64,000 nucleotides of DNA, taken from Squalus acanthias (lineage: Eukaryota). The DNA lies in the NCBI GenBank assembly GCA_030390025.1, contig CM059433.1, positions 9,116,001 through 9,180,000 of the forward strand. Reading direction: 5' to 3'. Position 1 is the stretch's first letter. Every line of letters starts with the position of its first letter. The notes below the pieces were generated by a model. The model did no database searches. It worked only from the letters and a program-made list of their open reading frames with translations, and was not told the origin of the DNA. The translations under genes and the position numbers were made by a program. Shown here one piece after another: positions 27,967-41,361 of the stretch.

Positions 27967-28989
27967 CTGAAAAAAGCAACATCAGAAAAAGAAAAGCTTC
28001 ACGCAAATATACTTAAATCTTCTCAAAAAGGCATTACTTCTATAGGTTTTAGAATTCACAGATGGGGCAGCAGAGTACCGTTCACAACACGGTTTTAAAG
28101 GCTCGTTTAACATTTGACAAGTTATATTCTCATCGATCATCTTCAGTCCCAATTGTACTGCCTCCCAGAAGTCATGATTAGAATCCTTTCGTACACAAAT
28201 AAATTTAAACAAGTAAGCACAAGATTTGAAATTCTGTTTTTATACGACCCCCATATGAAAAACTGCATAGCCAATTACTTTAAAAAAAAAATCTCATGCG
28301 CACAATACTTCACTCCATTCTGGCAGAAGTTCCAATAAAATCAATACTTTGCAAGAATTATTACAGTAAGACCTTGGCTACATATCCATTTGATATATCC
28401 AATAATATTTTGAGCTTAATGGAAGTGAAAAAGTTCTGTTATAGTCTTTAAAAACAAATTGTTTAATAAACATATTCAATACATAACTGGTTATCCACTA
28501 TTTTTCCACTTAAGTTTCAAACCTTGGCACTAGCTTGTAGATTAAAATCATTTTTTAAATAATTCATCTTCCATTTAAAAATCAAACAATTATCTATTTA
28601 TTTCAGAATGACAGAATCATCACATAAAGAGAGAAAAAGTTAGCTAACCCTTTCTCATTCTGAATGGTTCACCCATAACTGCCTTTATATCACCAAAAGC
28701 AGCTTGTTACCCCATCAATACATGATAGTTAGTAGGAAAGATAGGCCATTTTCCTTGCAAGATGTTCTTCATTCTTCCAATTAATGTTTCCTCCACATAA
28801 TGCAGCACTATTCCAGATTGGTGAGCAAGACCCCGAGGGATTGTGTCCCTTGAAGATGCGGATATTGCTATGACAATCACATACGACTTTCCTTTGCATG
28901 CACGATAAAAGTATGTCGCCAACCCAACTAGCCAATTCCCCCCGCACCCCCGAGGAAACAGAACACAGAAATATATTTAAAATATTCAA

Positions 28990-29140
28990 TAATTGGATAA
29001 ATGCTTGAAAAGGAAAGATTTGCAGGGCTACGAGGGAAGAGCAGGGGAGTGGGACTAATTGGTAGCTCTTTCAGAGAGCAGGCACCGGTACGATGGGCTG
29101 AATGGCCTCCTTCTGTGCTGTATTATTTATGATTCTATGA
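28990..29140 (+). mobile_element. CR1 3' tail fragment
   Basis: gatgggctgaatggcctccttctgtgctg followed by tgattctatga. Confidence 0.75.
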
Positions 29141-29726
29141 ATTATATACAATACATATAGTGAGCCAGAGTATGCAGTCCCAGTTGGGTTTCGCATTGGT
29201 ATATGAAGGATGTTGGGAGAGGGACAGGTAAATGAGGATAGGAGAAGGAGAGGTCAAAGGAGAAGGGGGTGGTGGAGGGGAAGAGCAAAGGGGAGAGGAC
29301 TGCTGCTGGAAAATTACCCCAGGAGTTGAGGAGGGAGTTCTGTGGATGAAAAAAAATCATTCTGGCAAGGTGGGGTGGGGAAACCGGAAGTGGGTCAACC
29401 ATACTGTCCCCCCGAAAGTGATGCCAACATGGGACCATTTAGAATCGGTAGTCTATAAACGTTATGGGATCCGAGCAGAGATGGTCATGATGGCACATTC
29501 TTGATGCAAATGCTGTAATATCTGGTGAGCGAGAGCACATAACTGGTGAATCTTTGAGGGGAGGGGGCGGGAGTAGCACATCAAGTTAGGATACATAGCA
29601 GCTGTTAATGGGGAAAACAGTGAAGGAATAAAGAATCGGAGAGACCTGCAGTATACACTGTAGTAGGGTAGGAGGGCTGAGAAAGGGAGAAGAACCCCTC
29701 CATATGTTACCATGAAGGGGGTGGGG

Positions 29727-29760
29727 CGGGCAGGGCAGGGCAGGGCAGGGCAGGGCAGGG
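29727..29760 (+). repeat. (GGGCA)n pentanucleotide repeat, G-quadruplex-prone
   Basis: Seen directly. Confidence 0.9.
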
Positions 29761-30624
29761 CTGGGCTTCCCCCCGCCCCCCCCCGCCCCATACAAAACCA
29801 CAGCAAATCAATCGGTAGCGTCAGGACATTAGGTGAGGATTACAGCCCGCAGCGAGTACAATGACTGTGGATGGAGGCATGGAATTTTCACTAAGCCGTT
29901 TGATAGCTGACTGGGTTAGTTTTTAAATTTTAATAGAATTGAGGATTCATTTCAAGTCACATGAATGGATAGGTTCAAGTGGAAAGTAAATTAGGTTTAT
30001 GAAGTTCCACGGTCAAATACAAAAGATGATGTGGTTACATTTCATGAAGGAGCTCAGAAGCCTAATGTAGTTTCCATTTGTCAAGTGAAGCATTCAATTG
30101 TTATGAAAAATAACTAAGTGAATCTTGATGAATTTGAAATCAAATCTTAGGATCGGGCTGACATGAAGAAGTCAACAGTCCAGTGTCTGAGGGGAAGCCT
30201 CATGGGGAGGAAGCAACAAAGGTGTACATCAAGCAACTCGGTTGTCATTCCAGCATCAGTCACATCCAGAGAACAAATATTTTTAAAACTCCGGATGGAA
30301 TATCTGACCCATCAATTAAGAGAGTACATCGCATCCTTCTCAGGAGATAGTTATATTGGATTGTTTCTGTTTTAATACTGCAATCTCAAAGACAGTGGTT
30401 TCCAAACCCATTGTGGAGATATCATAATAACGGACACCTTCTCCAGCTACTGGGCAGCCTCTGGGAATCAGACATGACACAACAGATCATCAAGCAGCCA
30501 TGCTTTCGAAGCAGTATTATGGAAGTCTGCAACAGCAGACAATGCCCAACAGGTTGAGCACAAATCACAAAAGATCATTTATATTGCCTCACCTGTGTAA
30601 CTGACTTATTCTCCAAACCAAAAA

Positions 30625-31253
30625 AGGTTCACTCGGTTAATCCCGGGGATGAGGGGGTGGTCATATGAGGAGAGGTTGGGTAGATTGGGACTCTACTCAT
30701 TGGAGTTCAGAAGAATGAGAGGCGATCTTATTGAAACATATAAGATTGTGAAGGGGTTGGATCGGGTGGATGCGGGGAGGATGTTCCCGATGACGGGTGA
30801 GACGAGAACTAGGGGACATAGTCTTAGAATAAGGGGCTGCTCTTTCAAAACTGAGATGAGGAGGAACTACTTCACTCAGAGGGTGGTAGGTCCATGGAAT
30901 ATGCTGCCACAAAAAGCTGTAGAAGCTACAACATTAATTAAATTTAAAACAGAAATAGACAGTTTCCTAGAAGTAAAGGGCATTAAGGGTTACGGGGAGC
31001 GGGCAGGAATTTGGACATGAGTCTAGGTTCGGATCGGTCATGGCCCTGTGGGTAGTGGAGCGGGCCCAGGGACTGTGTAGCCTGATTCTGCTCCTATTTC
31101 GTGTGTGCAATTCTGTTAGATGCAGGAGATGGTTCTGTGATAGATAGTAGATTGGCGGTTAGGATCAGATCAGCCATGATCTTATTGAATGGCGGAGCAG
31201 GCTCGAGGGGCCGATTGGCCTACTCCTGCTCCTATTTCTTATGTTCTTATGTT
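30625..31253 (+). mobile_element. CR1 LINE 3' fragment with a duplicated 3' terminal segment
   Basis: Intact ORF2 end in ORF 30649..31020; tail ttcttatgttcttatgtt. Confidence 0.9.
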
Positions 31254-32122
31254 TGCTGCAAGCCACTACAAAATCATATGGTACTACTTCCCAACACAAG
31301 CTTCACAAATTAATTCCATCCCATTAAAACAAGCTATTTTGGCCGACGCTGCTGTTTTTCCTCCACATTAGCCAACTTGTCCATCCAGAAGCGGACTGAA
31401 TGATGCGACTAGATCCTTAAAATGCTTAGATGAGGTGGCTCATGTAGCAAAAAACAACAGCACAAATATGATGGGCCAATTGGCCTGTTCCTGCTTGCTG
31501 TAACATTTTATAATTCAATGAAAATTAAACCGGAAGAGAATTATGACACACTTATCTTTGCTTACTCTCGACAAGATGCTGTCAACTTTTGTTTAATAAT
31601 CACTCCTGTGAAATGTCTTGGGACATTTTACTATGTTAAAGGTGATATATAAATGCAACTTGTTGTCGTGATGAGCTACATTCTTATTCCTATTCATTCA
31701 AAGTTGCTTTTTGCTAAAAAAAAATTATCCAGTACTTTGAATTAAGCAATTTGAATAATACAGTACTGGAGACTTTTTTTTTTGCACAATTTCAATTAAC
31801 AGATAATTCAAGAATCATAATCAAAAATATAAGGGTAAAGGATATCAAAAGTACAAGTGCTGCAGCCACAGATAAGTTCTAATAATTGATAAGAATTTTG
31901 CAAACAAACTAGGCAACTGAAAATTCCAAGGGGAAAACGTTGTATGGATGGTTCCTTCCTCAAGCATCTTGTCTTCGGAATTACAGACACAAAGGGTGAA
32001 TTATGACATGCAAGCAAGCATTCTTGAAGTTGATTAAAATTGGACAGTCAGCCAGGAAGACCGGCTGATTAAGGAGAGCCTTGAACATTTCCTTCTTGAT
32101 GAGCATTTAAAAAAAAAAAAAA

Positions 32123-35100
32123 TTCCCTCAGAATATGGGCGTTGCTAGCAAGGCTAGCATTTATTGCCCATCCCTAGGAGACCTTGAGAAGGTGGTGGTG
32201 AGCCCTTCTTCTTGAACCGCTGCAGTCTATGTGGTGAAGGTACTCCCACAATATGGTTAGGTAGGGAGTTCCAGGATTTTGACCCAGCTACAATGATGGA
32301 TCAGTGATATATGTCCAAGTTGGGAGTCAGGATGGTGTGTGACTTGGAGGTGATGGGTTTGGGAGGTGCTGTTAAAGAAGCCTTAGCGAGTTGCTGCAGT
32401 GCACCCTGTAGATACTACACACTGCAGCCAAGGTGCACCGGTGGTGGAGGAAGTGAATGTATAAGGTGGTAATGGGCTGCCGATCCAGCAGACTGCTTTA
32501 TCCTGGATGGTGTCAAACTTCTTTAGTGTTGTGTGCTATTCCATCAGACTCCTGACTTGTGCCTTGTAGGTGGTGGAGAGGCTTTGGAGAGTCAGGAGGG
32601 GAGTCTCTCACTGCAGAATACCCAGCCTCTAACCTGCTTCAGTAGCCACTGCAGAATACCCAGCCTCTAACCTGCTTCAGTAGCCACTGCATTTACATGG
32701 CTGGACCAGTTGAGTTTCTAATCAATGGCGACCCCCAGGATATTGATGGTGGGGGAATTCGGCGATGGTAATACCAATGCCATTGAATGTCATGGGGAGG
32801 TGGTAAGACTCTCTCTTGTTGGAGATGGTCATTGCCGGGCACAAATTGCATGGCAACAATATTACTTGCCACTTATCAGTCCAAGCCTGGATGTTGTCCA
32901 GATCTTGCTGCATACGGGCTTGGACTGCTTCATTATCTGAGGAATTGCAAATGGAGCTCAACACTGTGCAATCATCAGCGAACATCCCCACTTCTGACTG
33001 TATGATGGAGAGGTCATTGATGAAGCAGCAGATAAATAGTTGGGCAGGAGACACTACCCGGAGGAACTCCTGCAGCCTGGGGATGAGATGATTGGTCTCC
33101 AACAACCACAACCATCTTCCTTTGTGCTAGGTATGACTCCAGCCAGTGGAAAGTTTTCCCCTGATCCCCAGTGACCACTTTTGCTAGGGCTCCTTGATGT
33201 CACTCTCAGTCGAATGGTACCTTGATGTCAAGAGCAATCACTCTCACCTCTAGAATTAAGCTCTTCTGTCCATGTTTAGACCAAGGCTGTAATGAGGTCT
33301 GGAACTGAGTGGTCTTGGCATAACCTAAATTGAACATTGTTGAGCAGGTTATTGGTGAGTAAGTGCCGCTTGATAGCACTGTTGACGACTCCATCTTTCA
33401 CTTTGCCGATGATTGAGAGCTGGCTGAGAGGACAGTAATTGGGCCGGTTGGCTTTGTCCTGATTTTTATGGACAGGACATACCTGGGCAATTTTCCATGT
33501 CAGGTAGATGCTGTGTTTTAGCTGCACTGGAATAGCTTGGCTGGGGGCGCGGCTAGTTCTGGAGGACAGGTCTTCAGCACTACAACCTGGATGTTGTCGG
33601 GACCTGTAGCCTTTGCTGAGTCCAGTGCATTCAGCCGTTTCTTGATATCACGTGGAGGAATCGTATTGGCTGAAGACTGGCTTCTGTGATGGTGGAGACC
33701 TCAGGAGGATGCCATGAAGAATCATCCACTCGGCACTTCTGGCTGAAGATAATTGCGAACACTTCAGACTTGTCTTTTGCACTCACGTGCTGGGCTCCGC
33801 CATCATTGAGAATGAGGATGTTCATGTAGCATCCTCCTCCGGGAAGTTGCTTAGCTGTGCATCACCATTCACGGCTGGATGTAGCAGAACTGCAGAGCTT
33901 TGACCTGATCGTTTGGCTGTGGGATTGATCCTCTCAGTCTATAGCATGTAGCTTCTGCTGTTTAGCATGCATGTAGTCCTGTGTTGTAGCTTCACCAGGT
34001 TGGCACCTCATTTCCAGTTACATGCGGTGCTACTCCTGGACTGCTCTTCCACACTCCTCATTGAACCAGAGTTGGTCACGGTGATGGAGAAGTGCAGGAT
34101 ATGCCAGGTCATGAGGCTACAGATTGTGGTGGAATACAGTTAATTCTGCTGCTGATGGCCCATAGCACCTCATTGATGCCCAGTTTTGAGCATCTTTTCT
34201 TAATCTATCCCACTTAGCACAGTGGTAGTGTTACACGACACAATGGAGGGTGTCCTTAGTGTGAAGATGGGACTAGATCTCCACAAGGACGGTGTGGTGG
34301 TCACTCCTACCAATACTGTTATGGACAGATGGAGCTGTGACGGGTAGACTGGTGAGGTCGAGGTCAAGTAGGTCATTCCCCTGTACTGATTCTATCACCT
34401 CTGGGCCGCAAGCCCAGTCTGGCAGCTACATCCTTCAGGACTCGGCCAGCTCAGTCAGTGGTGGTACTACCGAAACACTCTTGATGTTGAAGTCCCCCAC
34501 CCAGAGTACATTCTGTGCCCTTGCCCTCGGGGCTTCCTCCAAACGGTATTAAACATGCAGGAGTACTGATTCATCAGCTGAGGGAGGGCGGTAATCAGCA
34601 GGAGGTTTCATTGCCCATGTTTGACCTGAAGCCATGAGACTTCATGGGGTCTGGAGTCAATGTTGAGGACTCTCAGAGCCTCTCCCACCCGAGTGTATAC
34701 CAATAAGCCCCCATCTGTGATGGTGATGGAGTCTGGGATGTTGGCTTATAGGTACGATTCTGTGAGTATCACTAGGTCAGGCTGTTACTTGACTCGTCCA
34801 TGGGACAGCTTTCCCAATTTTGGCACCAGGTCCCAGATGTTAGTGAGGAGGACTTTGCAGAGTCGACTGGGCTAGGTGTGTCTTTGTTGTGTCCGATGCC
34901 TAAGTCACAGACAAGTGGTCAGTGTGGTTTATCTTACTTTTTGTAGCGGTTTGATACAACGGAGTGGCTTGCTCGGCCATTTTAGAGGACAGTTAACAGT
35001 CAGCATATAGGCCAGACCGGGTAAGGATGGCAGGTTTCGTTCCCTAAAGGACATTAGTGATCCAGATGGGTTTTTACGACAGTCCAACAGCTTCATGGTC

Positions 35101-35235
35101 ATTTTTATGCCAGATTTTCTTTTTAAACCGAATTCAAATTCACACTGCCATAGTGAGATTTGAACTCACATTCTCGATTATTCCAGGCCTCTGGATTACT
35201 AATCCAGTAATATAACCATTATGCTACTGTACCCC
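32123..35235 (-). mobile_element. Near full-length degenerate non-LTR retrotransposon (APE endonuclease + RT, clade uncertain) with tRNA-like 5' head
   Basis: Minus-strand motifs QPDLVILTESY and LWVGDFN (APE), ALDIK..FD and MFADDCTV (RT); A/B boxes at 35216-35226 and 35157-35167. Confidence 0.8.
32609..32691 (+). repeat. Perfect 38-bp tandem duplication inside the LINE
   Basis: cactgcagaatacccagcctctaacctgcttcagtagc occurs twice, followed by cactgca. Confidence 0.95.
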
Positions 35236-37772
35236 AAAAAAGGGGCAGTTCCACGATTGTGGACAGAATCCCCCATACATCTTATAATCCCAAAGAAAAT
35301 GGAATATTAATTCTTCGACAGCTACTTGATGACAACCCAGTGCAAATGTCTGGATAATTCAGTCACCAGTATGTTTTCAAGTGAATTATTTACTGGATGA
35401 TTTGAACAGACCCTGAAATGCGAGGGAAACCCATTCAAAAATGTAAAGACAAGTTCCGTTTTTTTTGTTTTCTGCCCTACCACCTGCAGTGAAGCTCCTC
35501 CACTAAGTAACAACAGGTTGAAGGTGGTCCTCCTACATAGGACACTCGGTGGAGCAGGATAACTTCTGAATTATTGGAATGAGGCCTTGTAGTTCTTGCA
35601 TAATTCTAATTGGCAGCTGCTGCCTTTGGGCATCTTGGACCTTGATCTGGCATTCTGTAAATCCATCCAAAATTCTTAAAAGGACTTGCAAAATAGGCCT
35701 CACCTTAGCACAAACAGGCAAAATCCCTATCCTTGCAGATAGCCTCGGATAACCTTTCAGAGTCATTCTAGCAGTGGCTTGGAGTGTCAGTTCTACTGCT
35801 TTTAGGTGTTAACGCTGTAGTCTTTTTCAGGGAATTCTAAAAACTGTGTAGCCATTCTGTCCCCATTAAAAACAGTTAAAGAGTAATTTGAAGACAGTAA
35901 TGGCTAGCACCAAGCTGGCTTTCTTAGTTCAAACCAGCTCATCGTTAGCCGAGGTCAGCCAAGCCAACCTTTCCCCTGTCCTCAACACATCTGCAAGTTA
36001 AAAACCCCAAACCTTTTTATGGGCACTGAGGTAACACCTTTCCTATACACAGTCAGATCCAGCTTACTTCCACAGCAATTTGACCCCACTGCTGAAGGCA
36101 ATCTCCCTCCGATTCTAATGCTTTGGGTGCGGTTCAAGTGTGCCCATCAGCCACAATGAAGACCCAGGGCATTTTTCCAGTTCTTGCAGTCTGGCCTTCA
36201 GACACTGTTGCTCAGTAAGGAAGTCTTTCTGACTGCGAATCACAGCAGAAGTAAGAATGGCTACCAAGCCACATGGTTACGCTCAACAGGGCCAAACAGT
36301 TTTAGTTCGAAGTGCTCCTTGTGAATAGTTTGCAAATATTTTCCAGTATAGAATATTCCACCATACAGTGAATTAGGAGTACCAATACCTTTAATGCTTA
36401 ATATTAGCTGCATTTTGGGCCCAGCACTGTGAAGAATTTAATTAACTGCTAGCTAGATGGCTGCGGGAGTGGACTCATTTCACTAAACAGGTTACCATTT
36501 TTTGGCAAATATATTAAATATGTTGGCATTCCAATACTGAGTGGCAGACAGAAACTTATGATCAAATTTCAAAACACACAAACAAACAAATCCTGAAAGC
36601 ATCTAAATGATATGTATTGCATCTTAGAATCGCAAATAACAGAACAAACATGGCATAATATTATTCTGTGCTAAAAAAAAACCCTTATTTTGGTAAGTAT
36701 ATAGGTTGGTGCTTGTGCAGCTTCTCTCTGGGTGCCATATCAGATAACAATGTTCACTCACTTTTCTTATAATTAAAACTACCAAAATGGCAACTCAATA
36801 TCACAGAATGCCATCGGCTCAAATCAGCCTGGAACTTCTGCGGCTCCACTGGGCTGCATCTCTGGCAGGATAGGACTTCTGCCCATCACACAGATGTGCC
36901 ACTGACCCGACCTTCCAGCCACAAGGTCATTTAAATAGCGGAGGCACGCCCTCCAGTCTCCACCAGGGAGTTGCGCCAGATTTGAAGTGGAGATTTTCTT
37001 GGGAGGCCTGCTGCAGAGTAGGGATACTGGCAGCCTCCACGGTGCCTACAAAAGAGACCAATTATTTTCAAACATTTTGGGTCTCTCCTAACTCCGTGCA
37101 ATCTATTGTTCTTCTGTATGCGTATAGCACTAAGTCTTAAGACGACAAGAGCTTTATGAAGAGCAAACTGGAAACAAAAAAATGTTGCAAACACACAGTT
37201 GTGGCTTCTACATACAGCCTGACAATTCAGGCCTCAGGTATAACCGCAGTATGACATTTAGAGATAGGAAATAATTTGGATGACATCAATAGGGGCTTCA
37301 CCCCAACCCTTTACTACAGAAAGGAAACTGCTTTCATTTACTATTATGTTGTAATTGGAGCCCCATAATGGCATGACTGCTGTACAATTTTCCAGGCAAT
37401 CCATTGGTGCAAGATTTGAAAATTTCCTTCCCATCTGAACTAGTGTCCCAGAATGTGGCATATTATACTGGCATCAATAGAAAAATTTAAAACAAAATTA
37501 TAAATCTCAGAATTACACTGATTAGAAGAGATAACTATAATAGTTCTGGTTACAATTTTCACGAGTTCCATTTCCATTCATCCTCAACTGTCTCCTTGAA
37601 TCAGTTTGCCAAGAAATCCTAATACGAATCTATCAATCTGGACTTTCTGTATTTATCAAAATCATGAAGATTACATTTTTGTTGCACTTCTATGCAGAAG
37701 CTGGAATTAAGCATTTGATTTTTATGTTATATATTACATATTTACTGTGTCAGAACAGTTGAGCCTACTTAC

Positions 37773-37871
37773 TTTGTCAGAACAGTTGACTTTGGCTCCA
37801 TGCTGCAGAAGCATTTCAACAATTTCATGATGCCCTCGTCCAGCTGCCCAAATGATAGGATAAACACTATA
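37773..37871 (-). CDS. KIDINS220: KIDINS220 ankyrin exon ([33 protein letters not shown])
   Basis: 99 nt, cag/gtaagt boundaries; lies inside ORF 37734..37976. Confidence 0.95.
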
Positions 37872-39661
37872 CTGTTGATAAAAATGCAAAGCTTTCATTA
37901 ACCGATTACTATTGAAACATATTAAGGTATTAAGAGAAAATATAAAAATGCAAAAAATGAATCTCAAAGTATGCATTTAAAATATCCTGAAGTAAAACAC
38001 ATCAACAAAAGTTTCTTTGAACAAAATGTAATAAATGGCTGGAATAGCATGTCAGGCCGGGTAGCTGTGCGACAAACCATTAAGGGCAGCCAAAATGTAT
38101 TTGGATGCGAAGCTAGAAGGGAAGTCTGATTCTATAATGATGAGTTTCAGTAGGCTAAGTGCCTCTTTACAAATTCAGGTCCGCCATGGATACCTTCTTG
38201 GGTTCACTAGTGTCAGTTGCTCCTGCAAGTGGTCTGAGTGTGTTACTGTTGTGGGAATTGACTCACAACTACTCATACAATAGCATCCCCTTGAGAACTG
38301 GTCCGAATAAGTGTGTCTTTTGCATGTGTATTTCTTTAATCTCTTCAAAAAGCAAGATGAAACTTGATACAAATTTTTTTTACATTGCTTTATTTCCATT
38401 AGGCAAACATACAGCAATTAGTTATGATCAGATTCACTTATTTCTATCAATACAACTAGTTTGCGTAATATAAAAATAATGAAGACGCTGCACTACCCCA
38501 CATCAGTGGATCAGCTGGTTTTACTTGGTTCATTTTCTAATTCTCTTCTCCTATATTCAATCCTATTCACAGCCATTTGCTGTCTGGCTGCCTCTAGCTT
38601 GTTCAGCTCTCTTTTTTTTCTAAATAAAATCCCAACTCGTGTCAAAGTTTAGTCAAACCGAGTACCCACTCCGCAAGAGCGGAATCTACCAACCTAACAT
38701 GGCAACTACCCCTGCTGGTTTCACATGAATAGAGTTGTCAGAAAAGCAATTAGTGCGAATGATCACTGGAACGTCAAAGTGTTTTTCATTGTCACCAGGA
38801 CACTGGTTCAGACCCCCATTCATATTTTAACCGAGCCTCTATCCTGTGAATTTAACCCCTTGAAAGCCAAGTTTAGCTCAAACAGTAGTATTTTTGACAT
38901 ATCACACCAAGGTTTCCTTGTCACGATATGGTCTGATAACTCAAAATGTGACAATGGCTTTCCCTTGTCCTAATCTTTTCTCTTTCGATGCTATTTACTA
39001 CAATTATGGTTTAAAAATGGACAGGCTAGAAAAAAAACTTGTTACAAAATTCAAGATCTAAGTAATGTTTTTGGTCCGTTGTCAAATTTCAATCAATAGT
39101 TAAGATGTAGCACAGCTCCCTCCCTCCACCACCCACCCAACTACCCACCACCCCACCCCCCCAAAAAAAACATGGTCCATCCCTTCTTTTCTCAAAAGAA
39201 TAAACAAATTCCAGACGTAGGCAATGGTTTCTAGTTCTACCAATTCTTATTTGACACCACAGCAAATTTCAAATCAATACATGAGTTTAAATACAAATTC
39301 CCCTCAAAAACACAGCCATCCCCTTTCTCAAAAGAACAAAAAATATTTTCTTTTTTCTCAGCCTTTGGCAGAAATCACCATTACGGAGACTCAAGCTAGA
39401 ACAATGAGATCCAGCAATTAAATATCTTTTCCGTGTTATAACTAATCATGCACTGTGCAGTTTGCATCAATTATCTGCAAATCTCAGACAAATCTTTTCT
39501 AGATTCCATGTAGAATGTGTGCTTGATTTAGCTGAGTGCAACATAACATGTACAAGCCTAAATCAAATCCACTGAAAAGTATGTACATCAAAAGAAAAAT
39601 ATGATATCTCTACATGCAATAAATTGTTGGTTCTAGCATAATTCAGAAACAAGTTGCTCAC

Positions 39662-39760
39662 CTGTCCAGTAATATTTGGGTTTGCACCTTTCCCAAGAAG
39701 TAGTCTTGAAATTTCTGCATGACCTTTGTATGCTGCCCACATAAGGGAAGTCCAGCCACC
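39662..39760 (-). CDS. KIDINS220: KIDINS220 ankyrin exon (GGWTSLMWAAYKGHAEISRLLLGKGANPNITGQ)
   Basis: 99 nt, cag/gtgag boundaries; lies inside ORF 39563..39769. Confidence 0.95.
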
Positions 39761-41049
39761 CTGCAACATCCAAAATAAAAAGTAAGCAGCTTTTAAAAAG
39801 TTACGTTTTCTTTCCCCTCACATAAATATAACACCGAGTTAGAAGCAGCATGCTGCAGGCAAGTCTGTAGACTCATTAAATAATTCTAACTAGTATATGC
39901 AAAGTTTAGGAAAAACACCTAAAAGGTATGATTCATTACTAAAGAATGGATTCAAAATCAGACTTCCCAATGCTCCTATTTACTCACCCATAGACTAACC
40001 CTAACTTTTATAACAATGATCCAAAGCATTTGCTCAATTCAACTTTTAATCTGTATCTACCTCATCTGAATAATATACTGCAGCATTCTCCTTAAAAATG
40101 GTTCTGTTTTTATCTTCCCACCTTTATATAGTTTAAAAAAAAATAAAGTTGTTCTATTATTAGAGGGAACCCTAGACACCATGCTAGCTATTGCACAGAT
40201 ACTTTGCTGGTTTAATTAGCAACACATCTTGCACTGTAGGATTCAAGCTGCCAATACAAACTGAAAACATGATTACGCTTTGCGTTTAGGCTGACAGAAA
40301 ACATGTTATGGATGTAATATAAACACCCTTGTAAGTAATGTTCTTTCGGAACAAGACATTTTTCTCTTCTTCCCTTTATTACTCTCCCTAACACCATTCT
40401 TGACTTAGAAGGCAGAAAGGCAAACTGCTGGTTCAGAGGCATTGATCAAGACAGATTTATATGGAACATCAGCCGGAGGCAGACTGCCATCCTTCCGAGA
40501 AGAAATTTGGCCTCCACTTGCCATCACCTCACACTGGCTTCACTGAGATCAGAAGAATTCGAAGTGTAGGAATCATAAGAATTCATATCCTACTCTCTCC
40601 GTGGTGCAGTTTACTTGCGTGCCAACATGTTACGCCATGGTACAGTTTAAATACACGCAGAAATTAGCATTCTAAACTAGTTATATTAAAAGCAAATCCC
40701 TACAAAAGCATTGGTCTCAATTTTCTTTATCGTGCATCACATGCCAACAGTGCGGGTCTTTATTATTGACCTACCTAGGCAGTACTAATTACATGCAACA
40801 CAAATCCCTCTGTTAATCTTTTTAAACAGTCAATTTGGTTTATTAAAAAAATACTGCTTGTTCTGATTAATAGCGACAAATTCAGTCTTTATCAACCCCA
40901 ACCACCAAAAATAGTTATCCTCTTTATTCAAACAGCCCAGGATAGCCATCTCACAAACAACTACATAGACTGCCCTTCATAACTCATGATCAGACATGTT
41001 CCTTTCGATCACTGCAAAAAAACCCAGCATATTGTTGCTTTAAACCCAC

Positions 41050-41148
41050 CATATCTCTGTGTTCCAGGTTAGCACTGAAGTTAATGAGCTCGCTCACAAT
41101 TTCTAAATGTCCTTCCTTAGCAGCTGAAATAAGAGCTGTCCAGTTATC
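41050..41148 (-). CDS. KIDINS220: KIDINS220 ankyrin exon ([33 protein letters not shown])
   Basis: 99 nt, AG/GT boundaries; lies inside ORF 40990..41172. Confidence 0.95.
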
Positions 41149-41262
41149 CTGCCAAGAAAAAAAGAATCTCAAGTAAGAGTGATTTTTAAAATACGTAGTT
41201 TAAACAAAACACAAACAATTTTATAGTTACTCGGTTATTAAGATTACAGTAAAAGTACTTAC

Positions 41263-41361
41263 GGCATCTTCCAGGTTGCAGTTAGCTCCTTTCTTGAGCA
41301 ATTCTTGCACTATCTCAAAATTCCCTTGCTCTGCAGCCAACATTAATGGAGTCTGCCCACT
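41263..41361 (-). CDS. KIDINS220: KIDINS220 ankyrin exon ([33 protein letters not shown])
   Basis: 99 nt, phase 0, cag/gtaag boundaries, ankyrin consensus. Confidence 0.95.
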
